64,000 nt of DNA, from positions 12,406 to 76,405 of the forward strand of contig SVTM01000008.1 in NCBI GenBank assembly GCA_015063785.1, written 5' to 3'. Below are positions 1-9,223 of the stretch, piece by piece. The position numbers and the translations under genes are program-made. The notes below the pieces were generated by a model. The model was not told the DNA's origin, ran no database searches, and worked only from the letters and a program-made list of their open reading frames with translations. The DNA comes from Oscillospiraceae bacterium (GTDB lineage Bacteria > Bacillota > Clostridia > Oscillospirales > CAG-382). How positions within the stretch are numbered: the first letter of the stretch is position 1; the number at the start of each line of letters is the position of its first letter.

Positions 1-2
1 GT

Positions 3-869
3 CACGTTCGTTCGATGTGCGACGAAAACGGCAGAACCATGAAGGCAGCAGGCCCCTCTGTTCCCGTTGAGATCACAGGTCTTTCTGAAGTTCCCGAGGC
101 AGGCGACGAATTCCGCGCCGTTGAGGACGAAAGAATGGCTCGTGAGCTTGTTGAAAAGAGAAAGAACGACGCCAAGGAAGAAGAATTTAAGGCCAACGCC
201 AAGGTTTCTCTCGACACTCTCTTTGATCAGATCAACGAGGGAACAAAAGAGCTTGCCATCATCGTCAAGGCAGACGTTCAGGGCTCGGCAGAAGCAGTTA
301 AGGCTTCGCTCGAAAAGCTTTCGAACGAAGAAGTCAAGGTTCGCGTTATCCACTCTGCCGTCGGCGGCATCAAGGAAAGCGACGTTATGCTTGCAGATGC
401 TTCCAATGCCATCATCGTCGGCTTTAACGTCCGTCCCGACAAGGGCGCCACAGACTCTGCCGATCAGAAGAAGGTCGACATCCGCACCTACCGCATCATC
501 TACGAATGTATCGAAGAGATCACAGCCGCCATCAACGGTATGCTTGCCCCCGAATTCAGAGAAAACGTTATCGGTCATGCCGAAGTTCGTCAGACCATCC
601 ACGTTCCCAACATCGGATTTATCGCAGGTTCGTACGTTCAGGACGGTAAGATCACAAGAAATGCCCAGATCCGCGTTGTGCGCGACGGCATAGTTATCTA
701 TGAAGACAAGATCGCATCTCTCCGCCGTTTCAAGGACGACGTAAAGGAAGTTGCCCAGGGATATGAATGCGGTATCGCGCTCGAACGTTTCAACGACATC
801 AAGGAGCACGATATTCTCGAAGCTTTCATTATGGAAGAAATCAAGAGAGATATCAAAAACGAGCTCTGA
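3..869 (+). CDS. infB: translation initiation factor IF-2, C-terminal portion (5' end upstream of window)
   Basis: The frame of track ORF 15..869 stays open to the window edge. The translation contains conserved IF-2 C-terminal blocks ([46 protein letters not shown]). rbfA follows, as in nusA-infB-rbfA operons. Confidence 0.9.
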   Translation, partial: HVRSMCDENGRTMKAAGPSVPVEITGLSEVPEAGDEFRAVEDERMARELVEKRKNDAKEEEFKANAKVSLDTLFDQINEGTKELAIIVKADVQGSAEAVKASLEKLSNEEVKVRVIHSAVGGIKESDVMLADASNAIIVGFNVRPDKGATDSADQKKVDIRTYRIIYECIEEITAAINGMLAPEFRENVIGHAEVRQTIHVPNIGFIAGSYVQDGKITRNAQIRVVRDGIVIYEDKIASLRRFKDDVKEVAQGYECGIALERFNDIKEHDILEAFIMEEIKRDIKNEL

Positions 870-1013
870 TATATTAAGATCGTTTCAGTTTCACCCCGCG
901 TCTTTTTGGTATAAATCGGCGTGGGGTGTGCCATCATAATTGATGATAAAACTTTAAAACAATAGTTGCAAAAACCCTGTATTGATTTTGCAACACCACG
1001 GAAGGACAACAAA

Positions 1014-1388
1014 ATGCCATCAAGAAACAGAGGCTCTGCCTCCTTCAAAACTGCACGCATAAACGAAGAGATCGCAAGAGAGCTCAACGAGATCCTGCGC
1101 TCGGTAAAAGACCCAAGAATCTCGGGTGCTTTTATCAGCATCGTAAACGTTGACACCACCCCCGATCTCAAATACTGCAAGGTGCGCTTCAGCGTTTACA
1201 ACGGCGATTCGGCACAGGCGGCAAAGGGACTGAAAAGTGCGTCGGGATTTATCCGCCGCGAGCTTGCCCAGCGCCTTGATCTGCGCCTCACCCCCGAGCT
1301 CACCTTCATTCCCGACAACAGCATCGAACACGGTGCTCATATATCCGCCATCATTGAAAGTCTGAAAAACGAAAAGGAAAATAACTGA
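1014..1388 (+). CDS. rbfA: ribosome-binding factor A
   Basis: The core ARINEEIARELNEILRSVKDPRI...ISIVNVDTTPDLKYCKVRFSV is typical RbfA. ATG 1014 has a GGAAGGA RBS 7 nt upstream. The track start at 966 is a TTG without an RBS. Confidence 0.85.
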   Translation: MPSRNRGSASFKTARINEEIARELNEILRSVKDPRISGAFISIVNVDTTPDLKYCKVRFSVYNGDSAQAAKGLKSASGFIRRELAQRLDLRLTPELTFIPDNSIEHGAHISAIIESLKNEKENN

Positions 1389-1391
1389 TTC

Positions 1392-2774
1392 ATGAAAAAC
1401 GACCGAAGAAAAAATGCGGCAACAGTCATCGAACTTTCGCTGATAATACTGCTGTGCACGGTTTTGGGCGTGCTTTTTGCGCAGTATTGTCTTTTGAAAA
1501 ACACGGCGTCTGTTTCCACCGCCATCCATCCGGATCACAGCTTTTTGCAGAATAACGACACTTCCTCCGAGGATGACCTTTCATCCCCGGGTATTGTTGT
1601 GCCGGAATTTATCGGCTTTGTATCCGATTCAAAACAGTTGACTCCGGTTTCTTCGGATGCAAGGCGCAGATTTATTTCTGAAACAAAACCATATATCCTC
1701 AGCGTTTTTTCGGACATCAGCACTGTCATGGAGTTTTCGTCCGAATCGGCAAAAAACGAATATATCGAAGATCTTATTCTTGAAAATGGCAGTTATCTTT
1801 ATTTCAGATTTGCCCATGATCTTCCTGCAGGCTGCTTTGTGCCGGCGATGGGCGGATATACTCTTGACAACATCTTCCACGCCTTCAACGTCAAGGATCT
1901 TTTCGTTTTCTGCAGTGAAACGGGTGAGATCTCGGGCATTGCCCTTGACAGCGATGGAAATCTTGCTTTCCTTTCGGTCAGAGACAGAAGCTCTCTTTCT
2001 TTCGGAAATTTCAGCACCACTGATCTGTCCGACGGCATGGCAAGATTTGAATTCGTTTCTTTTGCTGACAAAAAATATCCCGTTCTTACCTCAACTGTAG
2101 CTTTTCGGAATATTGCGGCATATACTGATACCGAGGACTTCACAGCCAACGACGACGTGATATCCTCTGTTCTCGACACCTTTGGCTTCAACCCCAACAG
2201 CACAAGCTTTTACCGCACCGAAGGCAATATAACCTACGTTGAGCAGGCAGGCGAGCTTTCGATCTCGTCCGAAGGAGATATTCTTTATTCCTCCTCGGGA
2301 GAGGGCATTCCTCTTTCCGAATTTTTGTCGGAGCAGAAAGATACGTTCTCTTTCGAAGACAAAATAATCGCTGCGCGCTCGATAATCGACCGTCTTGACA
2401 AGAACTTTTTCGGCGGTAATGCATCAATCTGCTTAAGCTCGGTCACCTACAACGACAGTCTTCTCACCCTTGTTTTTTCATACATGTCAGATGGAATACT
2501 GATTGAAGATGCAAAAAACTGCGCCACCCTTGTTTTTGACGATTCCACCCTTACTTTTGCCACTGCCGATGCAAAAAGCTTTGCAAGGCTGGACAGTACC
2601 CACGCCGATGTTCCGCAAAAGCTTCTTTTTGCCTTTGCTTCAACCCAATTTGATGAAAAGGCTCCTCCCAAGGGCTTTCCGATTATATATTCCGAAAGTG
2701 AAAACGCGGTGTATGTGGCACGCAGTGCCATGCTTTACATCGAAGAAAACACCGAAAAGGAGGGGGCAAGATGA
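1392..2774 (+). CDS. membrane-anchored hypothetical protein (possible YycH-like)
   Basis: The ATG lies 3 nt after the rbfA stop. There is one N-terminal TM helix (VIELSLIILLCTVLGVLFAQYCLL) followed by ~420 aa of non-hydrophobic sequence. Size, topology and pairing with the next gene recall YycH. There is no motif-level proof. Confidence 0.5.
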   Translation: MKNDRRKNAATVIELSLIILLCTVLGVLFAQYCLLKNTASVSTAIHPDHSFLQNNDTSSEDDLSSPGIVVPEFIGFVSDSKQLTPVSSDARRRFISETKPYILSVFSDISTVMEFSSESAKNEYIEDLILENGSYLYFRFAHDLPAGCFVPAMGGYTLDNIFHAFNVKDLFVFCSETGEISGIALDSDGNLAFLSVRDRSSLSFGNFSTTDLSDGMARFEFVSFADKKYPVLTSTVAFRNIAAYTDTEDFTANDDVISSVLDTFGFNPNSTSFYRTEGNITYVEQAGELSISSEGDILYSSSGEGIPLSEFLSEQKDTFSFEDKIIAARSIIDRLDKNFFGGNASICLSSVTYNDSLLTLVFSYMSDGILIEDAKNCATLVFDDSTLTFATADAKSFARLDSTHADVPQKLLFAFASTQFDEKAPPKGFPIIYSESENAVYVARSAMLYIEENTEKEGAR

Positions 2775-3736
2775 ACTGGCACAAAACGAATATTGCACTC
2801 ATAATCATCCTCATACTTATAGACACCTTTCTTGCCTTTACGGTTTTGGACACCTACAAGGACACAAAGATATTGCCCGACAGATTGCTTGTTGAAGCAA
2901 AGGAAAACCTTGCCGCATCGGGAATAACCTTTGAAGACAACATCATCGACAAGGAATACAGCACAAAAACCGTATACAAATATTCTTCGAGCATGATATT
3001 TGCCGAGGAAATGAAAGAAAACGCAAAATACACCCACCCTTGCCTGCTCTCTGCCATTTCTTTTCTCTCGTCTCAGAGCATGCAGAACATTGAAAATCGG
3101 ATCAAATACTTCGATGTTCCCGACGGAACCTCTATTTCTGTTTCGGGAGATGACGACACAGTGAAAGCCTCTGCCATCATTACGGGACAAACGGGTTTTG
3201 AATATTCAGATGCCCGTTTCAACAGCCTCGTCGTTTTGACCGAAATCAAAAACTCGCTTTCAAAACTGCCCGAGACTTCCGAAAAGCTTGATCTGCACAA
3301 GAAAATCAACGACTTTTTCAAGGAAGTGTACGGATCAAAGATAAAGGCGCGCTGTCTTGAAAAGCAAGAGCTTGACGGCGGCGAGCTTTTTACCTGTATA
3401 CTTACCATCGACGGAGATGATATAAACGGAATGCCCGTTTGTTTTTACATCAGAGACGAAAAAATACTTCACGTCAGCGGAAATCTGTTTTTTGTTTCCC
3501 CCGACGCCGAATACTCGGCAAAGCTTATTGATGGCATAAACATTCTTTACAGCATTCCGCGCTTTCACAGCGGGGACGTTTCGGTATTGTCGCAAAAGCA
3601 CGAGTATTCCACCGTCAGCCTTGAAAACGACGGAGTTTATATTTTCCCCGTGTGGAGGATCGAATGCGAGACCGAAAACGGTATTAAAAAGCCTCTTTTC
3701 AACGCCCTTACCGGAGAATACATCGAACACAAATGA
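2771..3736 (+). CDS. membrane-anchored hypothetical protein (possible YycI-like)
   Basis: ATGA start/stop overlap with the previous gene, and a GGAGGGGG RBS. The opening MNWHKTNIALIIILILIDTFLAF is a signal anchor resembling (from memory) the YycI family N-terminus. About 290 aa form an external domain. Confidence 0.5.
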   Translation: MNWHKTNIALIIILILIDTFLAFTVLDTYKDTKILPDRLLVEAKENLAASGITFEDNIIDKEYSTKTVYKYSSSMIFAEEMKENAKYTHPCLLSAISFLSSQSMQNIENRIKYFDVPDGTSISVSGDDDTVKASAIITGQTGFEYSDARFNSLVVLTEIKNSLSKLPETSEKLDLHKKINDFFKEVYGSKIKARCLEKQELDGGELFTCILTIDGDDINGMPVCFYIRDEKILHVSGNLFFVSPDAEYSAKLIDGINILYSIPRFHSGDVSVLSQKHEYSTVSLENDGVYIFPVWRIECETENGIKKPLFNALTGEYIEHK

Positions 3737-3925
3737 CGGAAATCAATTTTTTGTCTTATTTTTCACAAAAAATATTAAATATTTTTGATAAACCTATTCC
3801 ATTTTTGGAATAATAGTGTTATACTATATATGTATATCTGTGCAAGTGTAGTTTTGTACCGATATACTGTGTCACACACACTATCTGCCATCGGCAGATA
3901 ACAAGCAAGTCAGGAGATAATTTGG

Positions 3926-5230
3926 ATGGAAAAGGAAAAGTTAGTCATTAACGGCGGAAAGCCGCTAACCGGAGAGATCGAAGTCAGCGGAATGAAAAAC
4001 TCTGCAGTCGCGATCATTTTCGGCACGATTCTTACCGAAGACAAATGCGTCATCGAAAATCTCCCCAACATCAGTGATGTAACCCATTCGCTCGCTATTC
4101 TTCAAAGCATCGGAGCGAAGGTTAAGCGCATAAACAAGACTACCTACGAAATAGATACAAGAAAGATCAAGCCCGGCGCTTCCCCGTATGACCTTGTGCG
4201 CAAGATGCGCGCATCTTATTACATTCTGGGTGCTGAGCTTGGCAGATTTGGCAAGGCACACGCGGCATATCCCGGCGGTTGCGATTTTGGCACACGCCCC
4301 ATAGACCAGCACATCAAGGGTTTTGAAGCTTTGGGTGCAAAGATCGACGTGGAAAGCGCGTACATCGACGCAGACGCCACCGCAAACGGCGGACTTGTGG
4401 GTGCAAACATCTACATGGATTGCGTAACTGTCGGCGCCACCATCAACATTATGCTCGCCGCCTGCAAAGCAAACGGCACGACTGTTATTGACAATGCCGC
4501 ACGCGAGCCCCACGTTGTTGACCTTGCAAACTTTCTTAACGCTTCGGGCGCAAACATCACAGGTGCGGGAACAGACGTTATCAAGATAAAGGGCGTGCAG
4601 AAGCTCCACGGAGTAAACTACGCCGTAATCCCCGATATGATCGAGGCAGGCACTTTTATGGTTGCCGCTGCCGCCACAGGCGGAGATCTTCTTATCACCA
4701 ACCTCATCCCCAAGCACGTCGAATCTATATCGGCAAAGCTTATTGAGATGGGCGTTAATGTTGAAGAATTTGACGATTCGATCAGAATTTCAAGATCGGG
4801 TCCCCTTAACAAAATATCTGTTAAAACTCTGCCCTACCCGGGTTTCCCCACAGATATGAATCCGCAGATGTGCGTTCTCATGTGTCTTGCAGACGGCGTG
4901 AGTATGCTATCGGAAGGTGTCTGGGACAACCGTTTCCGCTATGTGGAAGAGCTGATACTTATGGGTGCAGACATAAAGGTGGACGGAAAGCTTGCCGTCA
5001 TTCAGGGACCGACGGAATTTTCCGCCGCCCCCGTCAAGGCAGTTGACCTGCGCGCCGGCGCCGCCATGATAATCGCAGGACTTGTGGCATCGGGCAAAAC
5101 CGAGATTGAAAACATCCATCACATCCAGCGCGGATACGAGGACATAGTCGGAAAGCTTTCGGGCGCAGGCGCAGACATAAAGCTTGTCACCGTCATCGAC
5201 AACACCGACGCAATGCCTATTGCAAACTGA
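3926..5230 (+). CDS. murA: UDP-N-acetylglucosamine 1-carboxyvinyltransferase
   Basis: Full-length MurA-like translation (LVINGGKPLTGEIEVSGMKNSAVAII..., active-site loop YPGGCDFGTRPIDQH with Cys). AGGAG RBS upstream. Confidence 0.95.
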   Translation: MEKEKLVINGGKPLTGEIEVSGMKNSAVAIIFGTILTEDKCVIENLPNISDVTHSLAILQSIGAKVKRINKTTYEIDTRKIKPGASPYDLVRKMRASYYILGAELGRFGKAHAAYPGGCDFGTRPIDQHIKGFEALGAKIDVESAYIDADATANGGLVGANIYMDCVTVGATINIMLAACKANGTTVIDNAAREPHVVDLANFLNASGANITGAGTDVIKIKGVQKLHGVNYAVIPDMIEAGTFMVAAAATGGDLLITNLIPKHVESISAKLIEMGVNVEEFDDSIRISRSGPLNKISVKTLPYPGFPTDMNPQMCVLMCLADGVSMLSEGVWDNRFRYVEELILMGADIKVDGKLAVIQGPTEFSAAPVKAVDLRAGAAMIIAGLVASGKTEIENIHHIQRGYEDIVGKLSGAGADIKLVTVIDNTDAMPIAN

Positions 5231-5235
5231 ACGAC

Positions 5236-5270
5236 AAAAAGCTGTTTTCACAAAGAAAACAGCTTTTTTT
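5236..5270. terminator. bidirectional rho-independent terminator (murA / AraC convergent)
   Basis: AAAAAGCTGTTTTC-acaaa-GAAAACAGCTTTTTTT. A-run on the left and T-run on the right. It overlaps the last codons of the AraC gene. Confidence 0.75.
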
Positions 5271-6036
5271 GTTTTATATATTCCTTTGGCGTCATTTTGA
5301 ATATTTCGCGGAATACGCGGTTGAAGCTTCGGATACTTCCAAATCCCACGGCAAGAGCGATTTCGGAAATGTTGAGCTCGGGATATCGGTGAACAAGCAT
5401 CTGTGCGGCATACGAGCATTTGAGCGAATTGAGCCAATAGGTGTAGTCGTGTCCGCTGTTTTGCTTGAAAACACGGCTGAGATATGCGCTATTTACACAA
5501 AGAGCCCTTGCAACATCGGAAATTCCCGATATTTCAGAAAAATGCTCGGCGGTGTAATCCGCCGCCTTAAGAAACGCATTGTCGCGGTGGTGCACTGTTG
5601 CAAAAAAACTGCATTTTTCATATATTTCTTTGCACAGCGGAATAAGTATCGACTGCGCGACAAGACGGTCGATATTCTCGTCCTCGGAAAAAATTTCGTT
5701 CACATAGCAAAGGGTGTTTTGCCCCAGCTCACAGACGGGTTTTTCGGGCACACTGTCCCCCACTTTATCACAAAAGCTTTCGGCAAAGTTTTCTGTGAAA
5801 ACACATACCATACATTCCGAATCGGCGCCCTCCTCGAACGAATGGGCCTGCAGTGGCAGTATTATCGTTGCCTGACCCTCTTGTATATTTCTCTCTTTTC
5901 CGTCAACAGTCATTTTTACGCAACCTTTTGTTACACAAACTATCTCGAACATCGGATGCAGATGAGAAATGCAACGCACGTTTTTGTGTCTGGCAAAAGA
6001 AACGTAATTGGCTCCATACTCTTTTAATATCGGCAT
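5248..6036 (-). CDS. AraC family transcriptional regulator (cupin + HTH)
   Basis: N-terminal cupin-like half (HPMFEIVCVTKGCVKMTVDG), then a C-terminal double HTH ending ...GFGSIRSFNRVFREIFKMTPKEY, the AraC/XylS signature region. Confidence 0.85.
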   Translation of the reverse strand: MPILKEYGANYVSFARHKNVRCISHLHPMFEIVCVTKGCVKMTVDGKERNIQEGQATIILPLQAHSFEEGADSECMVCVFTENFAESFCDKVGDSVPEKPVCELGQNTLCYVNEIFSEDENIDRLVAQSILIPLCKEIYEKCSFFATVHHRDNAFLKAADYTAEHFSEISGISDVARALCVNSAYLSRVFKQNSGHDYTYWLNSLKCSYAAQMLVHRYPELNISEIALAVGFGSIRSFNRVFREIFKMTPKEYIKQKKLFSL

Positions 6037-6128
6037 GGTATTCCTCCATGGTAAAAATATGGCTATAATTATATCATATTTGACTTGAATTTCAAGAGGT
6101 AATGTGTTAAAATTCAGCTATACCCTAC

Positions 6129-7022
6129 ATGGAGGCGGAACAGTTGTTTTATTACGGTCTTGTTTTTTTATTTGGCTTTTTCGGAAAATATTGCCAAGTA
6201 AAATTCGGAAGATCGGTCAAGAGCGTTTTTGATCTTCTTCTGTACGTTCTGATAACCGGAAGCATAGCATCGGTGTTTTTCTTTATAATGTCGGGCTTTA
6301 ATATCAAAACAAATATTCCAACCACGATCTATTCCGTAATATACGCCGCCATAGTGGTATTGGTTCACTTTTCATCGCTCCTGCTTTACCGCGAGCTTGA
6401 CGTTTCGTCGGCAACCGTGCTGTCAAGCACCCTGACGCTTGTTATGACCTTTGTCGCAGGGGTTCTGTTTTTGAAAGAGTCGGTGGGAACATTCGATATT
6501 CTGCGGTGCGCCATAATGATAATGGCATCGGTACTTTTGCATTTTCCCCAATCAAAAAACAACAAGACGGGTTTGCATATCAACATCAAAGGACTTTTTC
6601 TGGTTCTTGTCTATACAATGATCTCGGTTTCGGCATCTGTCGTCGCAAACCTGTATTCAAAGGACGAAAGAGTGTTTGATTCAAACTCTTTCTTCTTTCT
6701 GACAAACGTTTTTGTTGTCATATTTATGCTGGCGGCAATAGTTATCGTAACAAAAGGAAATTTTTCGTTGATTGCACACGAGCTTAAGGCTTTTTCTGCA
6801 AAAGGATACATCCTGACGTCGGTGTCAACAGTATCGTCAAACCTCGGATCGCTTGTGCAGATATTGATATTTGCAAGCGGAGACGGAATCACCCTTTACA
6901 CCCCCATAGCAGGTGCCCTGGGTCTTATTTCCACAGGCCTTGTTGCTGTGCTTTTGAAGGAAAGACCAAAGATAATTCCCCTGCTTCTTGCCTGCGCATC
7001 CCTTTTTATCGGACTTTTATGA
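6129..7022 (+). CDS. DMT/EamA-like polytopic membrane transporter
   Basis: 297 aa with about 10 hydrophobic segments arranged as two 5-TM halves. Divergent from the AraC gene and 27 nt upstream of the beta-helix gene. Confidence 0.55.
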   Translation: MEAEQLFYYGLVFLFGFFGKYCQVKFGRSVKSVFDLLLYVLITGSIASVFFFIMSGFNIKTNIPTTIYSVIYAAIVVLVHFSSLLLYRELDVSSATVLSSTLTLVMTFVAGVLFLKESVGTFDILRCAIMIMASVLLHFPQSKNNKTGLHINIKGLFLVLVYTMISVSASVVANLYSKDERVFDSNSFFFLTNVFVVIFMLAAIVIVTKGNFSLIAHELKAFSAKGYILTSVSTVSSNLGSLVQILIFASGDGITLYTPIAGALGLISTGLVAVLLKERPKIIPLLLACASLFIGLL

Positions 7023-7049
7023 TCGGATTATTTGAAAGGAGATCTCCTT

Positions 7050-9101
7050 ATGTACAACTACAACAACTGCTCTACAATTTTTGTTTCGCAAAAAAACGGT
7101 TGCGACGACCTTTCGGGTCTGACGCCTGCGGTCAATGGGCACGACGGCCCGTTAAAAACCGTTGAAAAAGCCATTGAAACCGCGGCAGAACTGCGCGTCG
7201 GAAACAATATGCGACCGCTTACCATCGCTTTTTGTGACGATTATTTTCTCTCGCAGGCCATAGAGATCGACCCGCTCAAAATCACCGGAAGATACGGCCC
7301 GTCATACGGGATTGACGGCATCACCTTCCGATCGTTTGGAAAGCGCAGAAAAATCGTAGGCGGAATAAAGCTTGAAGACTGGCAAAAGGATGTTTTCAAC
7401 GGCAAGGAATGCATCAGCTGCAGCCTTTCAAAGAATAAAAACGGGGAATATCCTACTTTCACAGACCTCATAATCAACGGCAAACGCGCTCAGTTCACAC
7501 GATATCCCAAAAACGGGACGCTTACGGGTGTTGCTGTCGAAAATCCTCATCCCGTGCTTTGGGAGATCCATCATCCGTCAAAATGGTTTGATGCTCACAC
7601 CGAAGATCTTGCCAACATCAAGGGCATCGAAGATGCCATCGTTTCGTTTTATCATTATTGGATAGACGAGCACTCGCCTGTTGAAAGCTACGACAAAAAA
7701 AGCGGCAGAATGGTGCTGAAATATCCCTCAAGATTCACTATTTCCACGCAATATGATCCGCCGATCACTTCTGACCTCCACTATTATCTTGAAAACCTGC
7801 CCGATTTCTTTGAAACCGAGAACGAATGGTATCTCGATAAAAGCAGCGGAAAGGTATATTATATGCCATCTCCCGATCTTGATATCGAAAGCATCGAAGC
7901 ATATGCTCCTACCTGCAAAAGTCTTTTTGAGATCGAAGGAACGCAAGACAAACCGATATCTGATATCAGAATTTCCGATCTCGACCTTTTGTGCACACGG
8001 GGAGATTATGCCAGCCGCGGCTTCACCTCGGTGTCAGATGAAGAATCGGAAGTGTTCGCCTCCGATGCCCAGTCGGTATGCCTTGCACACGGTGCTGTCA
8101 ATTTCAGATTCGCACAGCGCTGTGCAATATCAGACTGCCACCTCTACGGTCTTGGCGTTCATTCTGTCAACATAACCGAAGGATGCCGCAAAATACGCAT
8201 TGAAAACAACATCATCGAAGAATCGGCGGCAGGCGGCGTGCGAATTTTTGGCAAAGAGCACGGATGCGAACCGTCTTGCGAAACAAGTGATATCATCATC
8301 CGCAGAAACACCATCAAAAACATCGGTCTTCGATATGAAGCCGCCTGCGGAATACTGATCTGCCACGCCCACGACAACGAAATATCCGAAAACGAAATAT
8401 GCTACACCGGCTATTCGGGCATTTCCTGCGGTTGGGTTTGGGGATACAAAGACAGTATTACCTACGGAAACATTTTGCGCGACAACCACATTCATCACAT
8501 CGGACGTGGAAAAATGTCGGATCTCGGTGCTATCTATACCCTCGGAATACAGAAAGGGACTGTCATTTCAGGCAATCACATCCACGATATAACAAGCTTC
8601 CACTATGGTGCAAACGGCATATATCTCGACGAAGGCTCAAGCGGCATTCTTGTGGAAAACAACCTTGTTTATGATGCAAAGACGGCGTCTTTCCTTTTGC
8701 ACTACGGAAAAGACAACGTCATCAGAAACAACATCTTCGCCTTCGGCGAGCTGGGTGTTGAGGTGGGACGCCGCGAAATGCACGAAAACCTTATTTTCGA
8801 GCGCAACATCTTTGTAACCGAGGACAAGCCGCTGATTGCAAGATCTGATTTCAGCCCGTACATTGTTGACGGCAACAACAACATCGTTTTTGATACAAAG
8901 AACGAAAAGCCCACGATGCACGCTTCGAAGGAAACTTCTGTTTTCCACGCATCGCCCGAGTTTTGCGACGAGCTTGCAAAGACCTTTGGAGCTGTTTTCT
9001 GCGACCCGAAATTTGTCGACGTGAAGGCAAGAAACTTTGACCTTTCGGAAGATTCTCCTGTGTTTGAGCTGATCGGTTTTGAAAAGCTGAATATAAGATA
9101 G
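7050..9101 (+). CDS. right-handed parallel beta-helix repeat protein, cytoplasmic (carbohydrate-active enzyme candidate)
   Basis: AAGGAG RBS 8 nt before ATG 7050 (the track start 7032 is TTG). Successive beta-helix rungs are visible (IIIRRNTIKNIG, NEISENEICYTGYSGIS, NILRDNHIHHIGRGKMSDLGAIYTLG, ISGNHIHDI, ILVENNLVYD, NVIRNNIFAFG). No signal peptide. Confidence 0.7.
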   Translation: MYNYNNCSTIFVSQKNGCDDLSGLTPAVNGHDGPLKTVEKAIETAAELRVGNNMRPLTIAFCDDYFLSQAIEIDPLKITGRYGPSYGIDGITFRSFGKRRKIVGGIKLEDWQKDVFNGKECISCSLSKNKNGEYPTFTDLIINGKRAQFTRYPKNGTLTGVAVENPHPVLWEIHHPSKWFDAHTEDLANIKGIEDAIVSFYHYWIDEHSPVESYDKKSGRMVLKYPSRFTISTQYDPPITSDLHYYLENLPDFFETENEWYLDKSSGKVYYMPSPDLDIESIEAYAPTCKSLFEIEGTQDKPISDIRISDLDLLCTRGDYASRGFTSVSDEESEVFASDAQSVCLAHGAVNFRFAQRCAISDCHLYGLGVHSVNITEGCRKIRIENNIIEESAAGGVRIFGKEHGCEPSCETSDIIIRRNTIKNIGLRYEAACGILICHAHDNEISENEICYTGYSGISCGWVWGYKDSITYGNILRDNHIHHIGRGKMSDLGAIYTLGIQKGTVISGNHIHDITSFHYGANGIYLDEGSSGILVENNLVYDAKTASFLLHYGKDNVIRNNIFAFGELGVEVGRREMHENLIFERNIFVTEDKPLIARSDFSPYIVDGNNNIVFDTKNEKPTMHASKETSVFHASPEFCDELAKTFGAVFCDPKFVDVKARNFDLSEDSPVFELIGFEKLNIR

Positions 9102-9104
9102 CAA

Positions 9105-9136
9105 AAAAGCTTCCTGTTTTGGCAGGAAGCTTTTTT
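9105..9136 (+). terminator. rho-independent terminator, copy 1 of an exact 32-bp repeat
   Basis: AAAAGCTTCCTG-ttttgg-CAGGAAGCTTTTTT, directly after the beta-helix gene stop. Confidence 0.8.
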
Positions 9137-9223
9137 GTTATGTGCCAAACACTATGTATTGACAGTATATATTTTTCTGTTTATAATAAAAATATCATCA
9201 CTCAATCAAAGGAAGGTTTTGAA

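Noticed and set aside
892-928. A 9-bp GC-rich hairpin (CACCCCGCG / CGTGGGGTG) in the infB-rbfA spacer that might be a terminator or regulatory RNA.
   Set aside because: It has no U-run and an 18-nt loop, and infB-rbfA are normally co-transcribed. The evidence is insufficient for a functional call.
3882-3900. An 8-bp hairpin (TATCTGCC-atc-GGCAGATA) in the murA leader.
   Set aside because: It is a short isolated stem with no alternative pairing or conserved motif. It could be incidental.
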